Positions 50,660 to 60,898 are shown, counted from the stretch's first letter. The stretch is DNA of 64,000 nt from a bacterium (GCA_963662285.2 CAXXMV010000006.1:1120001-1184000); one strand, 5' to 3'. The notes: generated by a model from the letters alone, not told the origin. Program-made: numbers and translations.

Positions 50660-51105
50660 GAGGTTTACTCCGCTTTTTTAGTTTATAAGTTTTTCACTAC
50701 GGATCATTACATTAATATATAATGATCCGTAGTGGATTGAATAGGAGTGTATAGTGATTGTGTAGTAAGCGTATGTTATCCGATTAGAGAGTTTTTTATA
50801 ATTATGTTCCGTAATTCGCATTTCTAAAAAAGCCGAAAAAGAAATCCTTCTTTTCTTATTATCACCCAAAAACATAAATTATCCTCATTACTATAATCAT
50901 CCATTTTGTATAGTAAATATACAAAAAGTAACGAAAAAAGGTTTTATTGATATTTTTGTATTGATATATATATTGGTCTATCGAAAAAATAAATAAATAC
51001 TGTTGACTTCTCAATTGTAATGGATAAGTTCCTCTAGATAAAGTATTAATATCTGCTTGGAGACGCATAATGGAAAACAGACAAATTCAGGAAGGTTATT
51101 GACTA

Positions 51106-52920
51106 ATGAAGAAAGTATTTGATATTTATCTACCTTTCATCGTGTTTGGTTTTTGTGTGTGTATGGTCTTTCTGGTTCCATTGGCAATGGCGCAAGATGT
51201 GGAAGACGAGATTCCTACGGCGGTGATTCAACTTCAGGCAGTAACTGAGCAAGACCTCACTGATAATGGGATCACCACGGGTCGAGCTACAGGTTTACCC
51301 GTAGTCGGTTATGGAACCACCGTTTATCTTTTGGGTAGTGGAATACCAGTGGAAGAAACCGAGATCATAGGATACCAATGGACCATCACTGGTGATGATT
51401 TCTTATTCGACTCAACCGAGCAGAATCCAACTTTTGTTCCTGCAGTCGTAGGAACCTACAAAGTCGAGTTGGTAGTAACGGATTCTGCTGGAGAAAAGAG
51501 TAAACCGGCTAGCTTGGATATCACGGCGGCGAAATGGCTAGGGGTTGCGAATTGCGCGATATGTCATTCTGACACCCCTCTCAAACTGGGTAACCGATTC
51601 GAAGAATGGAGCATGACGGGTCATGCTGCGTTTTTCGCGGAAAATATCGATCACGGCGCAGCTTATTATGGTGAGCGTTGCATCCATTGCCACACGGTTG
51701 GATACGATGAACTGGTCGATAATGGAGGTTTTGACGATGTAGCCAGGAAATTAGGCTGGACATACCCCGAAACCAAGGAAGCAGGGAACTGGGCAAAAAT
51801 GCAAATGGATTACCCTGATCTAGCCAATTTGGCTAATATTCAATGCGAAAACTGCCATGGACCGGGAGGTTCGCATTACGGCAACAGATTTAAGATTGCC
51901 ACCACTTTCGATTCCGGGATGTGCGGTTTCTGTCACGATGCGCGTGGCGGCGGTAATCATGTCAAAAACTACCAATGGGATACGTCTAATCATGCGAGTT
52001 TCCCCCCGATTCGTTCTGGTCCAGGCAGTGAAAGCTGCGTACCATGTCATACCGGTATCGGCTTTGTGATGACGCACGATGAAGATTACGCAACTCATAA
52101 GCTCTCGACTGAACCCTCAGCTATTGGTTGCGCTGTTTGTCACGATCCGCATAATGAGGATAACGAGCATCAAGTGCGCGTGGTTAAAGATGTCACGCTT
52201 GGAAACGGAGTCGTGGTGACGGCGGAAGAAGCTGGATTAGGCGCTCTCTGCATAAACTGCCATAAAGCGCGAACCAATGTGGATGAATATGCTTTGGAAT
52301 ATCACAGCCGCTTCGGACCCCATCACGGACCGCAAGGCGATTTGGTCAAAGGCACGGGTGGTTATGAATATCCTGATATTACCTATACCTCTTTTTCGCC
52401 TCACATGAAGGTAACTGGTGATTCATGCGTGACCTGTCACATGGCTGAACCGCCTGAAGATGCTCCAGATCGAGCTGTTGGACTCCACACCTTCCGAATG
52501 TCGGCTGCAGCAGGGGAAATTGAAGGAGTCACTGAAGACGTCGTCAACACGAACGCCTGCGCGAGATGTCATGGTGAAATGGAATCGATCAATTATATGG
52601 CTAAAGGCGACTATGACGGAGACAACGTGCGGGAAGGCATCCAGGACGAAGTTAGCGGCTTGATGGAATTAGTTGGTCATCTGCTTCCTCCATACGGTTC
52701 TCCCGATGTCGCTGTGGCGGATACTTACACCGATGCCGAACTGAAAGCGGCGTATAACCATATCTTTCTAGAAGAAGATAGAAGCCAAGGCGTCCATAAT
52801 CCGCAATACGCTGTGCAACTCTTGCAAAGCTCTTACTTCTCGATGACCGGCCAGAATATTCCTAATGCATATATGCTCATTGAATGGACGACGCCTGTGG
52901 ATAATTGGTCGATATACTAA
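51106..52920 (+). CDS. Secreted nonahaem c-type cytochrome with a PKD-like N-domain and a C-terminal W motif
   Basis: Nine CxxCH motifs (CAICH, CIHCH, CENCH, CGFCH, CVPCH, CAVCH, CINCH, CVTCH, CARCH), DRSQGVHNP near the C-terminus, signal peptide; ends TPVDNWSIY. Confidence 0.9.
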   Translation: MKKVFDIYLPFIVFGFCVCMVFLVPLAMAQDVEDEIPTAVIQLQAVTEQDLTDNGITTGRATGLPVVGYGTTVYLLGSGIPVEETEIIGYQWTITGDDFLFDSTEQNPTFVPAVVGTYKVELVVTDSAGEKSKPASLDITAAKWLGVANCAICHSDTPLKLGNRFEEWSMTGHAAFFAENIDHGAAYYGERCIHCHTVGYDELVDNGGFDDVARKLGWTYPETKEAGNWAKMQMDYPDLANLANIQCENCHGPGGSHYGNRFKIATTFDSGMCGFCHDARGGGNHVKNYQWDTSNHASFPPIRSGPGSESCVPCHTGIGFVMTHDEDYATHKLSTEPSAIGCAVCHDPHNEDNEHQVRVVKDVTLGNGVVVTAEEAGLGALCINCHKARTNVDEYALEYHSRFGPHHGPQGDLVKGTGGYEYPDITYTSFSPHMKVTGDSCVTCHMAEPPEDAPDRAVGLHTFRMSAAAGEIEGVTEDVVNTNACARCHGEMESINYMAKGDYDGDNVREGIQDEVSGLMELVGHLLPPYGSPDVAVADTYTDAELKAAYNHIFLEEDRSQGVHNPQYAVQLLQSSYFSMTGQNIPNAYMLIEWTTPVDNWSIY

Positions 52921-52973
52921 CGTTAACAAAGAAGAAATAATCTATTCAGATTATTTCTATTGTCTCTCTAGGG

Positions 52974-53007
52974 AAAAAACCCTCGCCTTTAGGCGAGGGC
53001 TTTTTTT
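52974..53007 (+). terminator. Intrinsic terminator
   Basis: CCCTCGCCT-tt-AGGCGAGGG followed by c and T7. Confidence 0.88.
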
Positions 53008-53094
53008 ATTTGTAAGCGTTAACATTTTTATTTGTGATCGTTTAACCTTCTGAACGATAAAGTAGACTTCGTAATAAGTTTCTGGGGAGAGATA

Positions 53095-55539
53095 TTGATT
53101 ATGAAGCGAATTGCTCTTTGTTTAGGTGTATTTGTAATTCTTCTGCTGCTGATAATATCGATCATCAAGTTTGATAATATTTCAACAACTACTAATGAAA
53201 TAAATCAAAGAATTTCAACGCCTAATAATGTGGAACAACCACTTCTGACTCAACCGGATGATGCCAAAAATCACAATAGTGCTATTCAATCTAGACCTAG
53301 TCAAATATCTGCGTTATTAAATACACCCACTCCCGCAGAAATCATTCCTCAAACAATAACCATTAATGGTTTAGTGGTTGATGAGAAAAATGAAGCAGTA
53401 TCTAACGCTGATGTTTCTGTAGAAATATATAAAAAGGCAGATTTGAAGAAGACGGAGAAGCGTAAATCATTGGATGATGGTTCTTTTAATTTCAAACTAA
53501 ACGATGCGCAAACCTACAAACTAATCGTAAGTCATGAAGGTTATATTCCGTCTAAATATACTGGAGGTTTTACGGATCACAATCCACGGATCATATTGAA
53601 GCGCCTGGGTAAATTCATTGGCCGGGTGGTTGATGAGTTAGAAAAACCCGTGCAATTCGCCAATGTTGTGATCAAGCCCGTCACAGGCGCAGCCCGGATT
53701 CTGTTGAATTTACAGACGGATCAGGGTGGCGCGTTTGCAACAGAGGAAATTTTACCCCCTGGTGAATATGAAATTGCTGCAACCCAGGATGAATATCATG
53801 ATGTTGGTGAGGGAAGTCTTAAACAGGAAATAACGCATCCTGTGGAAAAGGTAACGTTGAGGCTGCTTTCTGAGGTGTTTGAACTGCAAGGCCGCGTGAT
53901 TGATTACAGAACGAAAAATGGCGTTCCAGGAATGAAAGTCGTCATGCAGTCATGGGGATATGGTGGAACATATTCAGGTCAAGTAGGCGAAGAGACCAGT
54001 GATGATAAGGGGGCGTTTCATTTTAAGAATATTCCTCCCGGAGAATATGTAGTGAGCGGATGGAAGCCAGCTGACGATTCCAATCCATACCGTTTTGCGG
54101 ATCGATGCAGGTCGGTGGTTGCTTCAATGCGCCATAAATCCATGAATGAAATAATTCTTTATGCAGCCAAATCAATCGAAATTTCGGGTAAAGTCATTGA
54201 TGCAAAACGAAAACCAGTTTCCGGCGCTAAAATCATCTGCGCTGAACCAGGTGGAGGAATGGATGCAACGACGGATAAATCAGGTCAATTCAAGCTGATA
54301 TTTCCACCGTCTGAGTTGCACAAACCATCCCGCTACCGGCTTCTGGCCAGTAAAAAAGTAGATGACAAAACCAGGTATTCATTTAGCCAATGGCTGGTGA
54401 GTGAGAATGGTGATCCTATTCGTAATGTTGTGTTGACCTTGGAGGAAGGGATAACCTTGAAAGGCCGGGTGCTATCGCGCCAAGGGGCGCCTATTCCTGA
54501 TGCGGCGTTGAAAATTAAGAATAGATATACCAGTGAATCTTCTGAGACGAAATCAGACGATGCCGGAGCGTATGAATTTTTAGATATCATGCCTGTGAGT
54601 TTGATCGACAACGCTTATCAAAATGCATATTGGCTAAAGGCCAATGCTGAGAATTATTCAGAAGCATTGCATTTTCTTAACCCTTCAAGCGATCAGCAAG
54701 AGATGATCCGCGATATCATTCTTGATGAATCATTAATGATAAAAGGCAAAGTCACCGATTCTGAAAACAGGCCTATTAAAGATGTCTGGGTCGATGCCAG
54801 CCTTCCCGGACAACCGGGCAAATCGGAAATGACTGACGCCGATGGTCTATATGAATTTAAGAATTTACCTTCCGGGCGTTATGATCTGATGTTTCAATAT
54901 ACCAAAAGACCAATGAGATCAGGTTATTTATGGGGGGTGCAGGCGGGTGAAGAGAATGCTGATATTAAACTTACGTTCCAACCAATTTCTTTAAATGTAA
55001 GTCTGGATATTCATGAAGACGTTGACCGGGCGGCGCCGATATCAGCCAATATATATAGAAAAATGGAGGATGGATCATTGGCGGAACGCAATGGAGTTAA
55101 GGTTTCGCTATCTTCATCCTCATTATCCATAATGATGTGGGAGCCGGGCATATATCATTTGCGCTGTTATGTTCCAAATTGTCCTATGGCGGGCGCCTGG
55201 GTGGTGGTAGAGCAGGATATGGAGGAAGATGTAATTGAGATAACTGTTCCGATTGGCCCGCCGAAACCGATGAATTCCATCACGGGAATTATCCAACAGA
55301 TGGAAGGATTTACCTGTCGTTTTATCCAAAGTCCTTTATGGAACCAAGCGCCTGTCGGACCTTCGGGAGAGTTTAGTTTGACCGATATTCCTGATGGATT
55401 GGTTGATCTGGTTTTATGGGTATACGACGACCAAAGAGGAATGCCCATTAATGTTGATGCGTTGATGAATATGCGGGTTGAAGGCGGCCGGACAATTAAT
55501 ATTGGAGAGATATCCGTCGCTGATTTCTTTCATCCATGA
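53095..55539 (+). CDS. Membrane-anchored protein with repeated carboxypeptidase-regulatory-like (CnaB/transthyretin-like) domains
   Basis: N-terminal TM and repeats of G.V.D....PV..A.V...TD..G.F....PPG.Y. Confidence 0.85.
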   Translation: MIMKRIALCLGVFVILLLLIISIIKFDNISTTTNEINQRISTPNNVEQPLLTQPDDAKNHNSAIQSRPSQISALLNTPTPAEIIPQTITINGLVVDEKNEAVSNADVSVEIYKKADLKKTEKRKSLDDGSFNFKLNDAQTYKLIVSHEGYIPSKYTGGFTDHNPRIILKRLGKFIGRVVDELEKPVQFANVVIKPVTGAARILLNLQTDQGGAFATEEILPPGEYEIAATQDEYHDVGEGSLKQEITHPVEKVTLRLLSEVFELQGRVIDYRTKNGVPGMKVVMQSWGYGGTYSGQVGEETSDDKGAFHFKNIPPGEYVVSGWKPADDSNPYRFADRCRSVVASMRHKSMNEIILYAAKSIEISGKVIDAKRKPVSGAKIICAEPGGGMDATTDKSGQFKLIFPPSELHKPSRYRLLASKKVDDKTRYSFSQWLVSENGDPIRNVVLTLEEGITLKGRVLSRQGAPIPDAALKIKNRYTSESSETKSDDAGAYEFLDIMPVSLIDNAYQNAYWLKANAENYSEALHFLNPSSDQQEMIRDIILDESLMIKGKVTDSENRPIKDVWVDASLPGQPGKSEMTDADGLYEFKNLPSGRYDLMFQYTKRPMRSGYLWGVQAGEENADIKLTFQPISLNVSLDIHEDVDRAAPISANIYRKMEDGSLAERNGVKVSLSSSSLSIMMWEPGIYHLRCYVPNCPMAGAWVVVEQDMEEDVIEITVPIGPPKPMNSITGIIQQMEGFTCRFIQSPLWNQAPVGPSGEFSLTDIPDGLVDLVLWVYDDQRGMPINVDALMNMRVEGGRTINIGEISVADFFHP

Positions 55540-55682
55540 CAAAACCTATCTGCAATGGCTTTCATACTTTCTGCAAGTAACTCTTATAGTTCAATAAAAG
55601 ATACTTTAATCCGCCTCTATATGATAAAATATTAATAGAAGATTGTATGAGCAATAACACTGGTTTTACATGGAGAACGACC

Positions 55683-56033
55683 ATGAAGATACCGGCTCAA
55701 GCGGAACTGCTTAGAATCTATATTGGCGAGAATGATAAATATAAAGGCAAGCCGCTCTATGAAGCGATTGTCGACCGGGCGCGGGAAGAGAAACTGGCGG
55801 GCGCCACGGTGCTGCGCGGCCTGTTGGGGTTCGGCGCCCACAACCGGATGCATACCCATAAAATTCTGCGCCTGTCAGAAGACCTTCCCTTGGTTATAGA
55901 AATAGTTGATTATCCAGAAAAGATCGCCCAATTCGCTCCACTGCTCGATGATATGATCGAGGAAGGATACGTCACCTTGGAGAAGGTGAATGTTATTGCT
56001 TACCGGGTCGGGGATGATAAGAAGGATGTTTGA
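55683..56033 (+). CDS. DUF190 family PII-like protein
   Basis: LLRIYIGE.D...GKPLYEAIV, GATVLRG..GFG, LSEDLP.VIEIVD. GGAGA RBS before the ATG at 55683. Confidence 0.93.
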   Translation: MKIPAQAELLRIYIGENDKYKGKPLYEAIVDRAREEKLAGATVLRGLLGFGAHNRMHTHKILRLSEDLPLVIEIVDYPEKIAQFAPLLDDMIEEGYVTLEKVNVIAYRVGDDKKDV

Positions 56034-56234
56034 TGACGTAATACTCAGTAGGCTAAAGAATGATGATGGTTGTTAATTTTAACCAGTAAAATTACTCATT
56101 GCCTCTTTTCGGGGGAATGAGCTAAAAACCCCTTTATGCTTTCTTCCCTAATCTTTTTGCAAATCATTACATCTCTATCATACATGTATTCATGATTTGA
56201 TTGATAATAACGTTATCAAATAAACGTCACTAAC

Positions 56235-58261
56235 ATGTCTGGAGGTGACAACATGTATGTTAAAAGGCGTATTCATCAAAGAAGGAAAATGATATTTAGA
56301 ATAAATGGAATTTTAACTTTTCAAATATTAATAATTCTTATTGCTATAGTAGCGTCACAGGGAATTTGCTCTGAAATTGAAACCATCCACAATCCCTTAT
56401 TAACTATTCCACCCGGGTACTCAAAAGGGGTAACTTCCGTCGTTGTTTTTTCAGATGATTCTCGAATCATAACGGGGTCTGGTGATGGCGTGATTATATA
56501 CTGGGATAGTATATCCCTCGAGATGATTAGAATGTTCTTTGATCATGAAGGCGGCGTGACTGCTTTGGCTATTTCGGCGGATGAGGGGAAATTTTTATCC
56601 GGCAGTGGAGACAATAGCGCAAAACTATGGGATTTGGAAACAGGAGAAATCATCAGTCAATTCGAAGGGCACTTAGGCGCAGTAAACAGCGTGGCTTTCT
56701 CGCCAAAGGGCGAATATGTACTTACCAGCAGCAATGATGGGACTGCCAAACTGTGGAATAGTACTAATGCTAAAGTAGTGCATACATTTAGTGGACATGA
56801 AGATTCTGTAAATTCTGCGGTTTTCTCTCCTGATGGGTCTCATGTTATCACTGGATCACAAGATCAGACAGCGCGTATTTGGAACTTGGAGAAACCAGAC
56901 CAACCAATCAGGATTATAGAACATACAGGAAGCATAAATAATGTCGAGTTCTCTCCTGATGGAACTAAATTCCTTACTTGTGGGCAAAATGTTATCCTAT
57001 GGGAGTTGCATAGCGGGAAACCTCTTCATGAATGGTCAACATCAAATTCTTTTACTCCTTGCGCTTTTTCAAAAGATGGTAAGCAGGTTTTTGTTGGTTT
57101 TAATTTGTATGATGTTGAGAGTGGAAATCTAGTTGAGTCATTTTTTAATCATTCTTATACTCCACGAAGCAATGCTTTTGTTCATGATGGGAAATCTTAT
57201 GTAAACGGTTTTACTATATGGAATCTAATACAGGGAAATCTGAACAACCTACCTTTATTCGCGGTTTATATCTTGCGCACATTGCAAACGCTGTATTTTC
57301 ACCTAATGGAAGGACTGTTCTTTTTGCTTCTGGTCGTTCAGGGCAAAAACCGATTGATCATTCAAAGCAATTAACTCCGGAAAGTGGTGAAATATCTGTA
57401 GGTTCAGTGACAATGTGGGACATTATTACCGGGGAATTGTTATTGACTCTTCCCGATCATGCTTATCCTACTGCAATTGCGTTTTCTAGAGACGGCGCAA
57501 AGATTGCGACAGGCGAATCTTGTAAATATGAGCGTCCCCATCTGCGTGTGTGGAGCGCTCAAACCGGGGAATTATTACAGGCTTTTCCCTCTTTCTCTGG
57601 CATGGTGAAAAAATTGTCGTTTTCACCAGATGTTCATAAGATTGTTATCATACATTTCAGTGAAAATCGTGAAATGGCGGAAATTTGGGATGTAGAGAGT
57701 GGTGAACTGATTCAACAATTAACAGTGGATGATATACCTCTAACGGATATTTCTTTCTCGCCCGATGGAAAGAAGGTTCTCGCAGGAGACTATGACGGAA
57801 ATCTTAAACTATGGGATGCGGAGACGGGTGAATTACTAAAAATGTGGATTGGGCATGATCCAAATAAAGTTACCACAGTCGGTTTCTCACCAGATGGAAC
57901 AAAAATGGCTTCAGGAGGTGAGGACGATATGGTGAAGGTATGGGATATGAAAACAGGCCAACTTCTTCAGACCTTATACCAAGTAACTATTTACTCTTTA
58001 GCCTTCTCTCCCGATGGAAACTATCTTCTTGGTGGATCTTATTCCTCATCTTCAAGCGATTCTGGCGATATTTTTATATGGGATGTAAACAGTGGTGAGC
58101 AATTGGTCCGTTTTCGTGGGAACCATATATTATCGAGATCGGTAGCATTTTCGCCCGATGGAGGGCTAATTGTGACCAGTGGAAGTGATGGTTCAGCGAA
58201 AATATGGGACGTAAGCGAATTCATCAAGGATTCTTTTGTTCAAAGGTGGAGTTTATATTAA
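56235..58261 (+). pseudogene. Secreted WD40-repeat protein split by a single-base frameshift near 57221 (ORFs 56235-57374 and 57218-58261)
   Basis: Both ORFs carry GH..V..VAFSPDG..GS.D.TAK.WD repeats. Adding one G at ATATGG^AATCT gives ...FTIW-ESNTGK... and a continuous protein with a signal peptide, ending SFVQRWSLY. Confidence 0.75.
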
Positions 58262-58319
58262 ACGCTCCGTACCAATTATAGCGGTTAACAAAAGTATAGG
58301 CGTATTGATAGTGGTGGTT

Positions 58320-60623
58320 TTACTCAGTAGGCGTAAGCACATTGATGGTTGCCTTATCGACTCTTCCATCATTGGTCATACATGATATAGCGTGGCTGCC
58401 GGATTGTAGTTTTAGGTACATGGGATTATCAACCGTCGCTTCACCCAGATATTTTGTTTCATAATACCAATGGATGGAGCCATCCTTATCCAGGGATGTT
58501 TTGAGTTGGATGCGGTCTGCATTATCTTCTCCAGTTAATATAAATTCCGAGCGGTCAGTGGGGGAAAGGATGCGCAACTCTTTGGAGATCACTGCGCCGC
58601 TGGATTTGGATTGAGCGATATATGGAGATGTGATGTTGGATAAATCCCAGCCCTGGGGTGACGCAGGCCAGCGCTCGATAATTGCATTGGCGCTTGGCGA
58701 CTGGTTCGGAGCGGGATAGTGAATGTCGCATTTCCGGTTAAGAAACTGGCTTTTGGGTAGATGCTCCACATGGGTGTGAGGGCACCAATTAGATGCAGGC
58801 AATCCGCTGCGGGAACAAATCTGGACTTCCTGAAAATCTCCCTGAACGCCGGGCCATTCGGCGCGGTTCAGCCGGGGCAGCATGGTGAACAACTTACGGG
58901 CCAGCGGCAGGGCGCTGCGTGAACCGACCAGCAGCCGTGATGCGCGGCCGTCATTGTTGCCCAGCCAGACTGCTACGGTGTATTGTTGATTGAACATTAC
59001 CGTCCAGGCGTCGCGGTATCCCTGCGATGTTCCTGTTTTCCAGCATACACGCGGCGCCATTGAAATCCGGTCGGGGTTTGCGGCCAGGGGATCATTCTGC
59101 AAAGGCGCTTCCAGCATCTCATAGGTTTTGATGCAAACGCCCCGCGATAATGATCGAAATGGCGGCGCCGTTTTTTGATCTTTGAAATATTTCAACACGC
59201 GGTATTCACCCAGATTGGCCAACATGGCGTAAGCCGTAGCCAATTCTTCTAATTTAACTTCGCAGTTGCCGATGATTATGCCTAGGCCGTAATGTTCGGC
59301 TGAACGGTGCAGGGAACTGAATTTGATGCTTTGCAAATAACTATGGAAGGATTGTTGGCCGATACGTTCTAAAACAGTTATGCACGGCACATTGCGCGAA
59401 GTCTGCAAGACGCTGCCAGCGGTGATCAAGCCTTGGTAGGATTGGTCGAAATTCTCTGGATTGTAGATTCCCTGATCCCATGAATCATCCAGCAGAATCT
59501 CGCAGGGATAGAGTTGGTTTTTTTTCATGGCCAAGGCGAACAACAACGGTTTGAGCGTCGAACCTGGAGAGCGTTCGGCCTGACAGATATCAAATTGTCC
59601 ATCGATTTCCTGATTAGCAAAATCTACTGAACCAACCCGCGCCAACACTTCCGCATTAGAAGAATCAATGATGATAGCGGCGGCGTTTTCTATCTGCCCC
59701 CATGTACGTTTTACCGTTTCCTGAATTATTTGTTCGGTTTTAAGTTGGATGGAGTAATCGAGCGTAGTGACAAGTTTATTGCTATCATTGAGTTTATCGC
59801 GGTATTGCATCGCCAGATGGGGCGAAAGTTTGGGGAAATCGCGCCAAGTAGTGTTGATCCATTTTCGTTTGGCTTCATTGTATTCCTGGGTGGTTATCAA
59901 ATCTTCCTGCAACATACGGACTAAAACAAAATCGCGTCTTTTCTTGGCCTGCATCAAATGCAAGCGTGGATTATATTTGCTGGGCGCTTTGGGTAATCCA
60001 GCTAATAGGGCGGCTTCATCAAGGTTGAGTTCGTTGGAAGGTTTACCAAAATAACGCCGTGAAGCGGCTTCGCAGCCAATTAAGTTTCCTCCATAGGGCG
60101 CGTTATTGAGGTACGACCAGAGGATTTGTTCTTTGCTTGCTCTCAGCCGTAGGCGTATAGCCTGCAACTGTTGGTAGAGTTTAGTCTTGATGGAACTCTG
60201 GTGACCGTGACGCAGTTTGATTACCTGCATGGTTAGAGTCGATGCGCCGGATACGGTTCGACCATGCCGCATGTTTTGATAGAGGGCGCGCAGTACTGCG
60301 ATGGGATCGACGCCGGGATGATAATCAAAACGATGATCCTCAACGGCCAGCGTGGCCTGGATCAGTTTGGGGCTGATTTGATCCAGCGGGCGCTCAAAGC
60401 ACCAGTTATCATCGGAGTTCAAAACCGGATAAAGTAATTGTCCATTGCGGTCATGCAGTTCTCCAGATGAATTGGTTTTTAGATAGAATCCCACATCCAT
60501 AGGCCATAGCAAGATTGTGCAGACTATCAGCAATGATACGCATACGACTAGTATCAATGCTTTGCGCTGTTTACGCAGATAGTCTATAAGGCGTCTGGCT
60601 ATGTTGGAGAATCTTTGCTTCAT
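58320..60623 (-). CDS. pbpC: Penicillin-binding protein 1C
   Basis: EDHRF..HPGVD, SGASTLTMQ, RSPGSTLKP (SxxK), SRN, KTGTS, C-terminal BiPBP-like domain. Downstream of alpha-2-macroglobulin. Confidence 0.93.
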   Translation of the reverse strand: MKQRFSNIARRLIDYLRKQRKALILVVCVSLLIVCTILLWPMDVGFYLKTNSSGELHDRNGQLLYPVLNSDDNWCFERPLDQISPKLIQATLAVEDHRFDYHPGVDPIAVLRALYQNMRHGRTVSGASTLTMQVIKLRHGHQSSIKTKLYQQLQAIRLRLRASKEQILWSYLNNAPYGGNLIGCEAASRRYFGKPSNELNLDEAALLAGLPKAPSKYNPRLHLMQAKKRRDFVLVRMLQEDLITTQEYNEAKRKWINTTWRDFPKLSPHLAMQYRDKLNDSNKLVTTLDYSIQLKTEQIIQETVKRTWGQIENAAAIIIDSSNAEVLARVGSVDFANQEIDGQFDICQAERSPGSTLKPLLFALAMKKNQLYPCEILLDDSWDQGIYNPENFDQSYQGLITAGSVLQTSRNVPCITVLERIGQQSFHSYLQSIKFSSLHRSAEHYGLGIIIGNCEVKLEELATAYAMLANLGEYRVLKYFKDQKTAPPFRSLSRGVCIKTYEMLEAPLQNDPLAANPDRISMAPRVCWKTGTSQGYRDAWTVMFNQQYTVAVWLGNNDGRASRLLVGSRSALPLARKLFTMLPRLNRAEWPGVQGDFQEVQICSRSGLPASNWCPHTHVEHLPKSQFLNRKCDIHYPAPNQSPSANAIIERWPASPQGWDLSNITSPYIAQSKSSGAVISKELRILSPTDRSEFILTGEDNADRIQLKTSLDKDGSIHWYYETKYLGEATVDNPMYLKLQSGSHAISCMTNDGRVDKATINVLTPTE

Positions 60624-60653
60624 TGTTTAAGCCTTATTCATGATCTTAGTGGC

Positions 60654-60808
60654 GGGTGCCAAGGGCAGTGTATTTTCTGCCCTTGATTCAGTCTCCTCAT
60701 ATTTCCAGAATTCTCACTAACGATCTATCGAAAGACAGGGTCATAAGGTGGATTTCGTTTTGCTATGGTTGTACGTCAAGGGCAGAAAGGACACTGCCCT
60801 TGGCACCC
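60654..60808. repeat. REP doublet (REPIN-like), family A
   Basis: Reverse-complement homolog of 14377-14534, including the spacer. Confidence 0.8.
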
Positions 60809-60847
60809 AAACAACCGTGGAATCCAGAGTAATGTCAGAAAGCACAA

Positions 60848-60881
60848 CCCCACTCTAACTCCCCCCAGGCTTGGGGGGAGA
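60848..60881. repeat. REP-like family C copy
   Basis: CCCCACTCTAACTCCCCCCAGGCTTGGGGGGAGA. Confidence 0.75.
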
Positions 60882-60898
60882 ATTCTAAACTCAATACT

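Noticed and set aside
51106-52920. NrfA ammonia-forming nitrite reductase
   Set aside because: No CxxCK haem, and nine haems instead of five; only the C-terminal GxHNP motif is shared.
55500-55539. C-terminus SVADFFHP as a fifth member of the W-tail family
   Set aside because: It has Val at -7 and an aromatic residue at -4, but no Trp or terminal aromatic. The protein has an N-terminal membrane anchor, so this is probably just the last beta-strand.
9729-60881. CRISPR array from recurring palindromes
   Set aside because: The copies are dispersed singly or in inverted pairs, not regularly spaced direct repeats, and there are no cas genes.
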